A DNA stretch of 64,000 nt, taken from Deltaproteobacteria bacterium (GTDB taxonomy: Bacteria; Myxococcota; Kuafuiibacteriia; Kuafuiibacteriales; Kuafuiibacteriaceae). A program made the translations under genes and the position numbers. Each line of letters begins with the position of its first letter. Within the stretch, counting starts at the first letter, position 1. Below the pieces are notes generated by a model. It worked only from the letters and a program-made list of their open reading frames with translations, had not been told where the DNA came from and ran no database searches. Below are positions 46,303 to 55,599 of this stretch, one piece after another. The stretch covers positions 96,001 to 160,000 of the forward strand of contig JAVJQW010000057.1 in the NCBI GenBank assembly GCA_040218735.1. Reading direction: 5' to 3'.

Positions 46303-47628
46303 TTACTCGACGGCGACTTCGCCGAGCAGCTCCACGCGCCACCCGACGGCGAGCGTCACGGCGGCGTAGCCGGTCGCGTCGCCTCGGTCGCCGCCTTCGT
46401 TGCGCACGACGTCCGAGGAGATGACGCCGGTGAGCACGCGGAGCTCGGCGAAGGGGCGGCCACCGCGATCGCCGAGCGCACCGCCGACGCGGAACGCGCC
46501 GAGCGCGCCGAAGACCGCGGCGCTCTCGCGGCGGTCGATGTCGTCGACGGTGAACACACCGTAGAGCCCGCTCGCCCCCGCGCTCGCGTAGGCCTCGAAG
46601 CGCCCGGGGACGGTGTAGAGGACACGGCGAAGATCGAGGCCGGCGAAGGAGGTCGTCTGAGTCATCTGGACGACGGCGACCGGTGCCGCGCCCGCGCGCG
46701 CGACGACGTCCTGGGCGCCGTAAGCCAGATCGAAGGCGAGCCCGAGCGACCAGTTGCGCGCGTCGAGGCCGGGGACGGCGACGCGCGCGTCGACGCCGAC
46801 GATCGCCGTCGGCGAGCGCGCGAAGCGATTGAAGAGCGCTCCACCGCGCAGCTCGAACGCAAATCGCGGCGCGGTCACGGTGAGCGCGCTGCGCTCCGTG
46901 CGCACCGAGACGGGCGGCGCGAAGTCCGCGGGTTCCTCGTCGATCGCGGGCCCCTGGCGAAGCGTCGGTTCGACCTCGCCACCGACCTCCTCCGGCTCGT
47001 CCCACTCCTCCGCGACGCGCGCCTTCTTCGCGGCGTCCGGCTCGGCGACGAGCTCACCCTCCTCGCCGGCGATGCGTCCGACGTTCTCGACCGACTCGGA
47101 GCCCGTACGCGGAACGACCAGCCCACCGCGCGTCTCGAGGGGCGGCGCGAAGCGCGCGTTGATCAACAGGTCCGCGCCCGCGGAGTGGCGCACCGTCACG
47201 CGCTGCGGACCGTCGTCGAGGTTCACGAGGAACAGCTTCGCTTCGGAGGGGCGCTGGCCGCGCGGCTGGTCGGCGACCTGTGCGGCTTCGTCGACGTTCG
47301 GCTTCACGCGCGCGGTGGTCACGATGCGATCGGCGTCGCGGGTCCCGTCGGCCGGGCCGACCAACACGACGGCGACGCTGTCGACGTCGGTCTCACCTTC
47401 GACGATCGATCGAATCTGGATCAGGACGCGCCCGGGGCCCGCGACCGTGAACGCGGCGGGCTCCGAAGGACGCACGATGCGGTAGGCCTTCCACGCTTGG
47501 CCCTCCTCCGTGGAGGTCACGAAGACCAGGGTGTTTCGACTGACCGCGGTCAGATCGGCCAAGGCGTCCGAGGCCAAGAACGTGAGGAGGGCGCAGACCA
47601 GGGTCGAAGTCGCGCGCACCCCTGCCAT
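46303..47628 (-). CDS. Secreted protein with a probable C-terminal outer-membrane beta-barrel
   Basis: Signal ...LLTFLASDALA; alternating strands (FAFELRGG, WSLGLAFDLAYG, YASAGASG, TLAVGWRVEL). Start may be GTG 47619. Confidence 0.65.
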   Translation of the reverse strand: MAGVRATSTLVCALLTFLASDALADLTAVSRNTLVFVTSTEEGQAWKAYRIVRPSEPAAFTVAGPGRVLIQIRSIVEGETDVDSVAVVLVGPADGTRDADRIVTTARVKPNVDEAAQVADQPRGQRPSEAKLFLVNLDDGPQRVTVRHSAGADLLINARFAPPLETRGGLVVPRTGSESVENVGRIAGEEGELVAEPDAAKKARVAEEWDEPEEVGGEVEPTLRQGPAIDEEPADFAPPVSVRTERSALTVTAPRFAFELRGGALFNRFARSPTAIVGVDARVAVPGLDARNWSLGLAFDLAYGAQDVVARAGAAPVAVVQMTQTTSFAGLDLRRVLYTVPGRFEAYASAGASGLYGVFTVDDIDRRESAAVFGALGAFRVGGALGDRGGRPFAELRVLTGVISSDVVRNEGGDRGDATGYAAVTLAVGWRVELLGEVAVE

Positions 47629-47731
47629 TCTAAGGGGGCAACCCGTGCTCCAGCAATCGTAGGGCGCTTCGTTGTCCTTGACTCGATCCCGGACGCCTTC
47701 GAGACTGCCGCTCACCGTGGAACCTCCGAAC

Positions 47732-49015
47732 ATGGAGGCCTGTATCGGGCGTGCGCACCCGAAGCTCGAAGAGCTTCGCAAGCTCGCCCATGACAAGAAG
47801 TCGCTCCTCGCGCAGACCCACGACTACCCCGACCCCGACACCATCGCTTCCGCGCTCGGCCTCGGTTGGCTGCTCGGCGAGCTGGAGGGGATCGAGACGA
47901 CCATCGGCTACGGCGGCATCATCGGACGCGCCGAGAACAAGGCGATGATCAAGGTGCTCGGGATTCGGATGCGGCGGACTTCGCGCTCGGACTTCAAGAA
48001 GTACGACCTCGTCGCGTTGCTCGACACGCAGCCGGAGGTCGGCAACCACTGCGTCCCGAACGAGTTCACGCCGGACATCGTGTTCGACCACCACTTCCCG
48101 CGCGACCTCGAAGGGCCGGAGCCGGAGTTCTTCGACGTCGGCGGTAAGTACGGCGCGACATCCACGAAGGTCACCGAGCTGATCATGGCGTCGGGGCTGA
48201 CCCCGCCGACGGACGTCGCAACCGCCCTGTTCTACGGCGTGAAGTCCGACACCATGAACCTCGCGCGCGACGCGTCCGAGGCCGACGTCACCGCCTACCT
48301 CTATCTGTTCCCGCTCGCCGACAACATCCTGCTGTCCGAGATCGAGAATCCGCAGGTCCCGCTCGACTACTTCAAGGTCTTCAACAAGGCGATCATGCGC
48401 GGGAAGATCTACGGGAACATGATCGTGTCGGACCTCGGAGAGGTCTACACGCCGGACCTCTGCGCCGAGGTCGCGGACCGGCTCCTCGCCGTCGAAGGCG
48501 TCCGCCACGCGCTCGCGGTGGGCTGGTACGAAGAAGCGCTGTTCCTGTCGCTGAGGACCCGATCCCGCAACAAAAACGCGGGCAAGATCCTCCACGGGAT
48601 CGTCACGAACGCCAACGTCGGCACCGCCGGCGGCCACGGCCCGATGGCCGGGGCCCGCATCCCGGTCGAGGGCCGCTCGCAGCGCGCGCGCGCCGACCTG
48701 CGCCGCAAGATCGTCAACGCGGTGGTCCAGGCCTTCGGGCAGGACTACCGGCGCTTCCAGCGCATCGTCTCCAAGAAGGACCAGGAGACGACGATCGTCC
48801 CGCCGCCGCCGAAGGTCCCGCCCGAGGAGGCCAAGAAGGCCAAGGAAGACTCGCAGCGACCGGCACCCTCCAAGTCGAAGGACGCCAAGAACGGCAAGGC
48901 CTCCTCTAAGAACGGGAAGACCAAGGCGAGCAAGAAGAACGGCGAAGCCAAGGCGAAGAACGGCAAGGGCGCGCGGTCGAAGGACGAAGGCGCCGCCGAG
49001 AAGAACGCCTCGTGA
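47732..49015 (+). CDS. DHH-family phosphoesterase with a Lys-rich tail
   Basis: HDYPDPDTIAS, LLDTQ, FDHH, SDT, SLR and GGH...AG motifs; tail with KNG repeats. Confidence 0.88.
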   Translation: MEACIGRAHPKLEELRKLAHDKKSLLAQTHDYPDPDTIASALGLGWLLGELEGIETTIGYGGIIGRAENKAMIKVLGIRMRRTSRSDFKKYDLVALLDTQPEVGNHCVPNEFTPDIVFDHHFPRDLEGPEPEFFDVGGKYGATSTKVTELIMASGLTPPTDVATALFYGVKSDTMNLARDASEADVTAYLYLFPLADNILLSEIENPQVPLDYFKVFNKAIMRGKIYGNMIVSDLGEVYTPDLCAEVADRLLAVEGVRHALAVGWYEEALFLSLRTRSRNKNAGKILHGIVTNANVGTAGGHGPMAGARIPVEGRSQRARADLRRKIVNAVVQAFGQDYRRFQRIVSKKDQETTIVPPPPKVPPEEAKKAKEDSQRPAPSKSKDAKNGKASSKNGKTKASKKNGEAKAKNGKGARSKDEGAAEKNAS

Positions 49016-50157
49016 GCGGCGCGCGCATCTACCTCGACTACAACGCCACGACCCCCGTCCGGCCCGAGGTCCGCGACGCGGTATCGCCGCTGCTGTTCGG
49101 TGACGTCAGCGACGGCGCGTGGGGCAACGCGTCGAGCGTGCACTGGGCCGGGCAGTCCGCCCGCAAGGCCCTCGAAGGCGCCCGCGCGCAGATCGCGGCG
49201 CGGTTCGAGCGCAAGCCGAGCGAGGTCTTGTTCACCAGCGGCGGCTCGGAGGCCGACAACCTCGCGCTGTTCGGCGTGTTCGATCACCCGAGGTTCGACG
49301 GCGGCCACCTCGTGATCTCCTCCGTCGAGCACCCCGCGGTGCGCGCGGCGGCGTCCCGGCTCGAGGCGCGCGGCGTCCGGGTCGTGACCGTCGGCGTCGA
49401 TGGGCAGGGGCGCCTCGACCTCGATGAGCTCACGCGCGCCGCGAAGGGCGCGGCGCTCGTCTCGGTGATGGCAGTGAACAACGAGACCGGCGTCGTGCTC
49501 CCGACCGAAGAGATCGTCGCGATCGCGCACGCGGCCGGCGCGCTCGTTCACGTGGACGCGGTGCAGGCGGCCGGCAAGGTCGCCCTCCCCGTCTCGGCGG
49601 ATCTCGTCTCGCTGTCCGCGCACAAACTCGGCGGGCTCAAGGGGATCGGCGCGTTGGTGGTACGGGAGTCGATCCCGCTGCAGCCGGCGATCGTCGGCGG
49701 GCCCCAGGAGCGCGGCAAACGCGCGGGCACCGAGCACGTCGCGGCGGCGGTCTCCTTGGCGACGGCGATCGAGGTCGCGGAGGCGACCCGCGAAGCCGAG
49801 ATGACGCGGCTCGCGGCGCTGCGGGATCGGATCGACGCCACGGTGTCCGCGATCTCGGGGGCGCGCGTCCTCGGCGCGGAGGCCCCACGGGTCGGGAACA
49901 CCACGACGGTGGTGTTCGAGGACGTGGACGGCGAAGCGATCCTGCAAGGGCTCGACCTGGAGGGGATCGCCACCTCCAGCGGCAGCGCGTGCTCCAGCGG
50001 GTCGCTCGAGCCGTCCCACGTGTTGGTCGCGATGGGCGTTCCCGCGCGGGTCGCGTTGTCGAGCGTGCGGTTTTCGCTGGGGTTTTTCACCACGGAGGCG
50101 GAGATCGACGCCGTCCTCGCGGTACTGCCTCAGATTGTGATGCGCGCGCGCACGTGA
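49012..50157 (+). CDS. iscS: Cysteine desulfurase (NifS/IscS group I)
   Basis: YLDYNATTP, GNASS.H, FTSGGSE, EHPAV, NNETG, HVDAVQ, SAHKLGG and SSGSACSS motifs; GTGA overlap. Confidence 0.88.
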   Translation: MSGARIYLDYNATTPVRPEVRDAVSPLLFGDVSDGAWGNASSVHWAGQSARKALEGARAQIAARFERKPSEVLFTSGGSEADNLALFGVFDHPRFDGGHLVISSVEHPAVRAAASRLEARGVRVVTVGVDGQGRLDLDELTRAAKGAALVSVMAVNNETGVVLPTEEIVAIAHAAGALVHVDAVQAAGKVALPVSADLVSLSAHKLGGLKGIGALVVRESIPLQPAIVGGPQERGKRAGTEHVAAAVSLATAIEVAEATREAEMTRLAALRDRIDATVSAISGARVLGAEAPRVGNTTTVVFEDVDGEAILQGLDLEGIATSSGSACSSGSLEPSHVLVAMGVPARVALSSVRFSLGFFTTEAEIDAVLAVLPQIVMRART

Positions 50158-50226
50158 CGTTCGAACCGGACCGACCGATTGCTCTTGGCCGCAGGACTCG
50201 TTCCAATACGGAGAGACTTTCATTCC

Positions 50227-52200
50227 ATGCGTGCGCGTATCCGATGGCTATTGCTCGGCCTTTCCTTCGCCATCGTCTCGGGCGGTGGCTGCAGCTGCGA
50301 CGACGAGATCCTCGTCCCCGTGAATCCGGGGACGTGTGAGCCGACCTTCGAGTGTCCCGTCGGCACCCAGTACCGCAAAGGCGAGTGCCTCGCCGCGCGG
50401 TGCGTGGAGGACGGGGACTGTTGTCCCGGTCAGAAGTGCAACGCGAGCCTCGGGCTCTGCGCGGACCAGTACGTCTCGTGCTCCGACGACGAACAGTGCA
50501 CCGCGATCCCCGGCCAGGCGTGCATCGACTTCCGCGACGGCCAGTACTGCGGCTACCCGAACCTCGGCAACGCGCTCTCGGCCGCGGGCACGCAGCCGTG
50601 CGTGACCACCGCCGACTGCGACGGCGACCGCACCTGCTTCGGACGACGCTGCGTCTCGGCCGCGCCGTGTGAAGGCGGCTGTCCGGACGGTCAAATCTGC
50701 GACATCGACTCGAACCTCTGCTTCGCGCTCGACACCTGTGAAGAGACCTGCGGCGACGGCGAGATCCTCGTGGTCTCGGACCCCGACACGATGAGTGGCC
50801 CGCAGTGCTGCCTCGTCGAGTGCAAGTGCGAAGTCCTCCCGCCCGTGCCGCGCGGCATCTACGGCTTCTACGCTTCGATCGACGCGACCCGCGACATCAT
50901 CGCGGTGTCCGCCTACGACGAAAAGTATGGGGACCTCGTCGTCGTCCAGTACGACAGCGAAGGCCGCGAGCAGCAGGTCGACTACGTGGACGGGTTCCCG
51001 ACCACCGGGCCGATCGTCGCGAACCCGCAGGGCCGCCGCGGCGGGCGCTCCGAGCCCGGCGAGGACGTGGGTGAGCACACCTCGATCGTCGTCGACGCCA
51101 ACGGTGTCATCCACGTCGCCTACTACGACCGCGACAACGGTCGCCTGAAGTACGCGAACTACGCGGGCGGGATGTGGTCGACGTCGGTCGTCGACGAGAC
51201 CGCGCACGTCGGGCTGTACTCGAGCATCGCGATCGACGCGAACGGGAACCCAGCGATCGCGTACATGATGGTCGAGGGGATGCAGGCCCCCGACCCGACG
51301 CCGCTGACCGGACTGCGCTACGCGGTCGCCAACACGAACATGCCGGCGTCCGGATCCGACTGGACGATCGCGGACGTCGACGCGGCCGAAAAACCGATCC
51401 CGCTCTGCGAGGGCGGCTGCGGCAACGGCCGCGCGTGTGTGGACTTCGGCATGGGCCCGATCTGCGCGACGGAGTCGAGCACGTGCGCGACGAGCTGCGG
51501 GTCGGACGAGGTCTGCGTCGACGACGGCGCGGGCACCGCGAGCTGCGAGACGGAGCTCAACATCGTGCCGCTCGACGGCTTCATCGACGGCGTCGGCCTG
51601 TTCGCAGACCTCGCCTTCACGTCCACGGGCACGCCGGTCATCGCGTACTACGACCGCCTCGAGCGCGACCTCAAGCTCGCGACCGGCCTCCCCGCCGGCG
51701 GCTTCTCGCTCCGCACGTTGGACGGCGACGACGCGATGGATCCGACGGACACCGGACAACACGCGACGGTCGCGATCTCCCCGAACGACGATGTCGCCGT
51801 GGCCTACTTCGACGCGACGAACGACGACCTGATCTACTACGACGTACGCAGCGGCGTCCGCGAGATCGTCGACGACGGCGTGTCGCCGCCGGACCTGCGG
51901 ATGGTGGGCGCCGACGCGTCGCTGTTGTTCGACGCCTCCGGGAGCCCCGCGATCGCGTATCAGGATCCGACCCTCGTCGACCTCGTCTACGCGCGCCGCA
52001 TCGGCAGCCCGCCGATGTGGTCCATCGAGACGCTCCGCGGGGCGCCGCCCGCCGGCTCCGACGTCGGCACGGCCGCGGGCTTCTACGCCGCGCAGGCGCG
52101 CGTCGACAGCAACGCGTACGTCTGCAGCGTGGACATCGGCTTCTCCGAGGACAGCGACCTGCTCCTCGACCTCACCGTGACCGTGAAGTCGCTTCAGTAG
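50227..52200 (+). CDS. Cys-rich lipoprotein with beta-propeller repeats
   Basis: Signal ending GGG-CSC; multiple CxxxxDC modules; six repeats of the G.....I..D.NG...IAY.D type. Confidence 0.8.
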   Translation: MRARIRWLLLGLSFAIVSGGGCSCDDEILVPVNPGTCEPTFECPVGTQYRKGECLAARCVEDGDCCPGQKCNASLGLCADQYVSCSDDEQCTAIPGQACIDFRDGQYCGYPNLGNALSAAGTQPCVTTADCDGDRTCFGRRCVSAAPCEGGCPDGQICDIDSNLCFALDTCEETCGDGEILVVSDPDTMSGPQCCLVECKCEVLPPVPRGIYGFYASIDATRDIIAVSAYDEKYGDLVVVQYDSEGREQQVDYVDGFPTTGPIVANPQGRRGGRSEPGEDVGEHTSIVVDANGVIHVAYYDRDNGRLKYANYAGGMWSTSVVDETAHVGLYSSIAIDANGNPAIAYMMVEGMQAPDPTPLTGLRYAVANTNMPASGSDWTIADVDAAEKPIPLCEGGCGNGRACVDFGMGPICATESSTCATSCGSDEVCVDDGAGTASCETELNIVPLDGFIDGVGLFADLAFTSTGTPVIAYYDRLERDLKLATGLPAGGFSLRTLDGDDAMDPTDTGQHATVAISPNDDVAVAYFDATNDDLIYYDVRSGVREIVDDGVSPPDLRMVGADASLLFDASGSPAIAYQDPTLVDLVYARRIGSPPMWSIETLRGAPPAGSDVGTAAGFYAAQARVDSNAYVCSVDIGFSEDSDLLLDLTVTVKSLQ

Positions 52201-52204
52201 ACCG

Positions 52205-52897
52205 TTGAGCTACGTCTTCGAGCCCCCCGCGCGCCCCTCGGTCGCCGTCGTCGACTCGGGCGATCGGTTCTGGGTCCGCCGTATCTACTGCGTCGGGCGC
52301 AACTACGCCGCCCACGCCCGGGAGATGGGCGGCGACGATCGCGATCCCCCGTTCTTCTTCGCGAAGCCCGCCGACGCGATCGTCGAGTCCGGCGGCGAGG
52401 TCCCCTACCCGCCCGACACCCAAGACTTCCACTACGAGACGGAGCTGGTGGTCGCGATCGGGCGCGCCGGCGCGAACGTCGAGGTCGACGACGCGCTTCT
52501 GCACGTCTTCGGCTACGCGGTCGGCAACGACCTGACGCGCCGCGACCTACAGCGCGCCGCGAAGGAAGCGCGCCGGCCGTGGGATCTGAGCAAGGGGTTC
52601 GATCACTCCGCGGTGGTCGGCGCGATCCACCCCGCGAGCGCGGTCGGTCACCCGGCGAAGGGCTCGATCCGTCTGCAGGTCAACGGCGAGACGAAGCAGG
52701 ACGCCGACCTCGAAGAGATGGTGTGGTCGGTGCCGGAGATCGTCGCGTACCTCTCGCGCTCCGTGACGATCGCGCCCGGGGATCTGATCCTCACCGGCAC
52801 CCCCGCCGGCGTCGGCCCCCTCGCGGTGGGCGACAGGTGTCGCGCCGAGATCGCGGGGCTCGGCGCGCTCGACTTCTCGATCGTCGACGGCGCGTAG
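52205..52897 (+). CDS. Fumarylacetoacetate hydrolase family protein
   Basis: RIYCVGRNYAAHARE, PFFFAKP, HYETEL, DLTRRDLQ, KGFD and GDLILTGTPAGVG motifs. Confidence 0.93.
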   Translation: MSYVFEPPARPSVAVVDSGDRFWVRRIYCVGRNYAAHAREMGGDDRDPPFFFAKPADAIVESGGEVPYPPDTQDFHYETELVVAIGRAGANVEVDDALLHVFGYAVGNDLTRRDLQRAAKEARRPWDLSKGFDHSAVVGAIHPASAVGHPAKGSIRLQVNGETKQDADLEEMVWSVPEIVAYLSRSVTIAPGDLILTGTPAGVGPLAVGDRCRAEIAGLGALDFSIVDGA

Positions 52898-52904
52898 AAG
52901 ACGC

Positions 52905-53210
52905 CTAGAAGGTCAGCTCCTGGACCGGCAGCATCACGGTCTTTTCGGTGTCGAGGAAGTTCGGCTGGTCGGCGAGCGCCGTCTGACCCTCCGGTGATCC
53001 CAACGCCGCCTGGAACGCCTCGGCGGACGCGAACCACAGCTCGATCGCGCCGTCGTAGGCCGGCGCGTCGCCGACGCCGTAGTTGACCACGTACTTCTCG
53101 AGGCCGGGCAGCTTCAGGACCAACGGCGCGTGGGTGTCCGTGCTGTACGCCTGGTACGCCTCGCGGGTCATGTCGCTGCGCTTCGTGACAAGAAAGATGA
53201 TTTTGAACAT
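52905..53210 (-). CDS. EthD family protein
   Basis: GGAGG SD then ATG 53210. KR.DMTRE....Y..THAPLV..LPGL..Y, YDGAIELWF, D..NF. Confidence 0.85.
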   Translation of the reverse strand: MFKIIFLVTKRSDMTREAYQAYSTDTHAPLVLKLPGLEKYVVNYGVGDAPAYDGAIELWFASAEAFQAALGSPEGQTALADQPNFLDTEKTVMLPVQELTF

Positions 53211-53282
53211 GGGGTCCCCTCCCGTTGCAGATGCGAAAGGCATCCTCAGCGGATCCCTGCCGCGGTGCAATGTGGGGACAGC

Positions 53283-53984
53283 TCAGGGCTGGTGGGCCGG
53301 GAGGCCGCTGTTCGAAGGCGACTGCGTCGGCGGCGGCATCTTCAGGTGACTCGCGACGTCCGACACCCGCGGCGCGACGTCGTTCGAATCCAACGCGAAC
53401 TCGATCCCGAAGCCCCGGCGATCGTCACGCCCCGCCGTGCACGCGACGCGGCCGAGCAGACGCACCGGCTGGCGAGCGAGCGACAGCTCCATCTCGATCG
53501 GCGTGCCGGCGGGCTCCAGCTCCTCGGTGACGAGGTACGTGCCCGCGCTCGCGATCCCCACGAGGCGCCCCTTGGCGAACTCGCGATCCCCGACGCGACG
53601 GAAACGAACGCGCGCACCACCGTGGGCGCGGGCGTAGCGGCGCTGCGCGCAGAGGCTGTCGAAGAGCAGGTCCGAGAACGCAAACGCCAGGTCGAGGACA
53701 CTCGCCGTCGCGTCGAAGACCCGCGCCGCGCCGACGGCCCGGAAGCGCTCCAGCTCCGAGCTGCGCACCCGCCGCGGTACGACGACGACGACGGTCCGGC
53801 CGTCCTCGTAGACCTCGACCTCTTCGGGTCGGGAGGCCTCGACGACCGCGAGATCACACGCTTCGTGCACCTCGACGACATCGTGCCCCTGCGCTCTTGC
53901 CAGCGCTCGGGCCACGGAAGCGACACCGTCTCCGGTGATCCCGATCCGCTTGATGCGAGTCGCTGTCCCCCCCAGGACGCTCAT
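53283..53984 (-). CDS. PilZ-like domain protein with a degenerate receiver-like N-terminus
   Basis: QRRYAR (RxxxR); G.YL......AGT.IEMEL...GRVA...GFGIEF. Confidence 0.7.
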   Translation of the reverse strand: MSVLGGTATRIKRIGITGDGVASVARALARAQGHDVVEVHEACDLAVVEASRPEEVEVYEDGRTVVVVVPRRVRSSELERFRAVGAARVFDATASVLDLAFAFSDLLFDSLCAQRRYARAHGGARVRFRRVGDREFAKGRLVGIASAGTYLVTEELEPAGTPIEMELSLARQPVRLLGRVACTAGRDDRRGFGIEFALDSNDVAPRVSDVASHLKMPPPTQSPSNSGLPAHQP

Positions 53985-54082
53985 CGGGCGGCGTCATAGC
54001 ACATCCGTCCTCCAGCTTGACAGACAACTTCGACGCCCCGACTCTCGGCCCGCACGCGGCCCGTCAGGGCCCCGTCGACACC

Positions 54083-54799
54083 ATGATCGAGGTTCGCGGG
54101 CTCACGAAGCGCTACCGGGATCACGTCGCCGTCGAGAACATCAGCTTCGACGTCGCGCCTGGCGAAATCGTAGGATTTCTGGGGCCCAACGGCGCCGGCA
54201 AGTCCACGACGATGCGCATTCTCTCCGGCTACATGCCGGCAACAGCGGGCGAGGTGAAGGTCGCCGGGATCGACGTGTTCGAAGACCCGATTGGGGTGAA
54301 ACGTCGCATCGGCTACTTGCCCGAGATCCCGCCCGTCTATCTGGACATGACCGTCCGCGGTTATCTCGGCTTCGTCGCCGGCATCAAGGGCGTCGCCCGC
54401 CGCGAAGCCAAGGTGGAGATCGAACGCGTCGCAGGGCTGGCCGGCGTCGACCACATCCTGCCGCGCCTCATACGCAACATCTCCAAGGGCTACCGTCAGC
54501 GCGTCGGTCTCGCGCAGTCGCTCCTCAAGAGCCCGGACGTCCTCATCCTCGACGAGCCGACCGTCGGCCTCGACCCCATTCAGATCGAACAGGTCCGCAA
54601 GCTCATCAAGGACCTCGGCGCCTCCGGCAAACACACGATCATCCTGAGCACGCACATCCTCAGCGAGGTGAAGGCGACGTGCCAGCGGATCATCATGGTC
54701 GCGCAGGGGCGCATCGTCGCCGACGCCTCGCTCGAGGACCTCGAGAAGGAGCACGACGCTCCGCTCGAACAGATCTTCGCGAAACTGGCGGTGTCCTAA
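54083..54799 (+). CDS. ABC transporter ATP-binding protein (GldA-like)
   Basis: [37 protein letters not shown] and STHILSEV motifs. Confidence 0.92.
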   Translation: MIEVRGLTKRYRDHVAVENISFDVAPGEIVGFLGPNGAGKSTTMRILSGYMPATAGEVKVAGIDVFEDPIGVKRRIGYLPEIPPVYLDMTVRGYLGFVAGIKGVARREAKVEIERVAGLAGVDHILPRLIRNISKGYRQRVGLAQSLLKSPDVLILDEPTVGLDPIQIEQVRKLIKDLGASGKHTIILSTHILSEVKATCQRIIMVAQGRIVADASLEDLEKEHDAPLEQIFAKLAVS

Positions 54800-54802
54800 G
54801 GC

Positions 54803-55597
54803 ATGCGAAACATCTTCCTCATCGCGAAGAAGGAGCTGTCGATCTACTTCACCACGGTGATCGGCTACACCGGCTTCGGCGCGTACGCGTTCCTCATGGG
54901 CCTGGTGTTCGTGACCACCGTGAACAAGTACCAGCAGTTCACGCAGTTCTACGTCGCGCAGCAGCAGCCCTCGCTCCTCGAGCGCCTCAACTTCAACGAC
55001 GTCATCATCACGCCGATGCTCTCCACTGGCCTTTGGATGTTCCTCTTCTTCGTGCCGTTCCTGACGATGCGCCTGTTCGCCGAGGAGAAGCAGAGCCGCA
55101 CCTTCGAGCTGCTGATGACCACCCCCATCACCTCGCTGCAGATGGTGCTCGGCAAGTTCCTCGGCGTCGGCGCCATGATCCTCAGCCTCACGGCGATCCC
55201 GCTCGTCTTCCCGGTCATCCTCCACGTGTACGGCACGAGCAGCGGCCCCGGCTCGCCGGTCGAGTGGCTGCCCGTGTTGTCCGGCACCCTGACCGTGCTG
55301 ATGCTCGGCCTGGTCTTCTGCGCGATGGGCCTGCTCATTTCGTCCCTCACCGAGAGTCAGATCGTCGCCGCCGTCATGACCTTCGCCGCGCTGCTCCTCG
55401 CGTTCGTCCTCCCGATGATCGCGTCTCGCATCGAGGGCGACTGGCGCACCGCAATCGAGTACCTCTCGCCGATGAGCCACGTGCAACGCGGCTTGCAGGG
55501 GCGCGTGCTGCTCGCGGATCTCGTCTACTTCGGAAGCTCCATATTCATCCTGTTGTTCATGACTCTGCGGGTCGTGGAATCCCACCGGTGGCGCTAG
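54803..55597 (+). CDS. ABC-2 permease (GldF-like)
   Basis: IAKKEL..YF, LTMRLFAEEK...T.ELL.T.P, VLGKF and SSLTESQIVA motifs. Confidence 0.9.
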   Translation: MRNIFLIAKKELSIYFTTVIGYTGFGAYAFLMGLVFVTTVNKYQQFTQFYVAQQQPSLLERLNFNDVIITPMLSTGLWMFLFFVPFLTMRLFAEEKQSRTFELLMTTPITSLQMVLGKFLGVGAMILSLTAIPLVFPVILHVYGTSSGPGSPVEWLPVLSGTLTVLMLGLVFCAMGLLISSLTESQIVAAVMTFAALLLAFVLPMIASRIEGDWRTAIEYLSPMSHVQRGLQGRVLLADLVYFGSSIFILLFMTLRVVESHRWR

Positions 55598-55599
55598 AG

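Noticed and set aside
53935-55599. N-terminal extension giving a 1091-aa ORF (similarly 10994-12826, 20207-20443, 44863-45150, 59346-59774)
   Set aside because: The extension overlaps real genes in another frame; the recognisable protein begins at a downstream start (55600 here).
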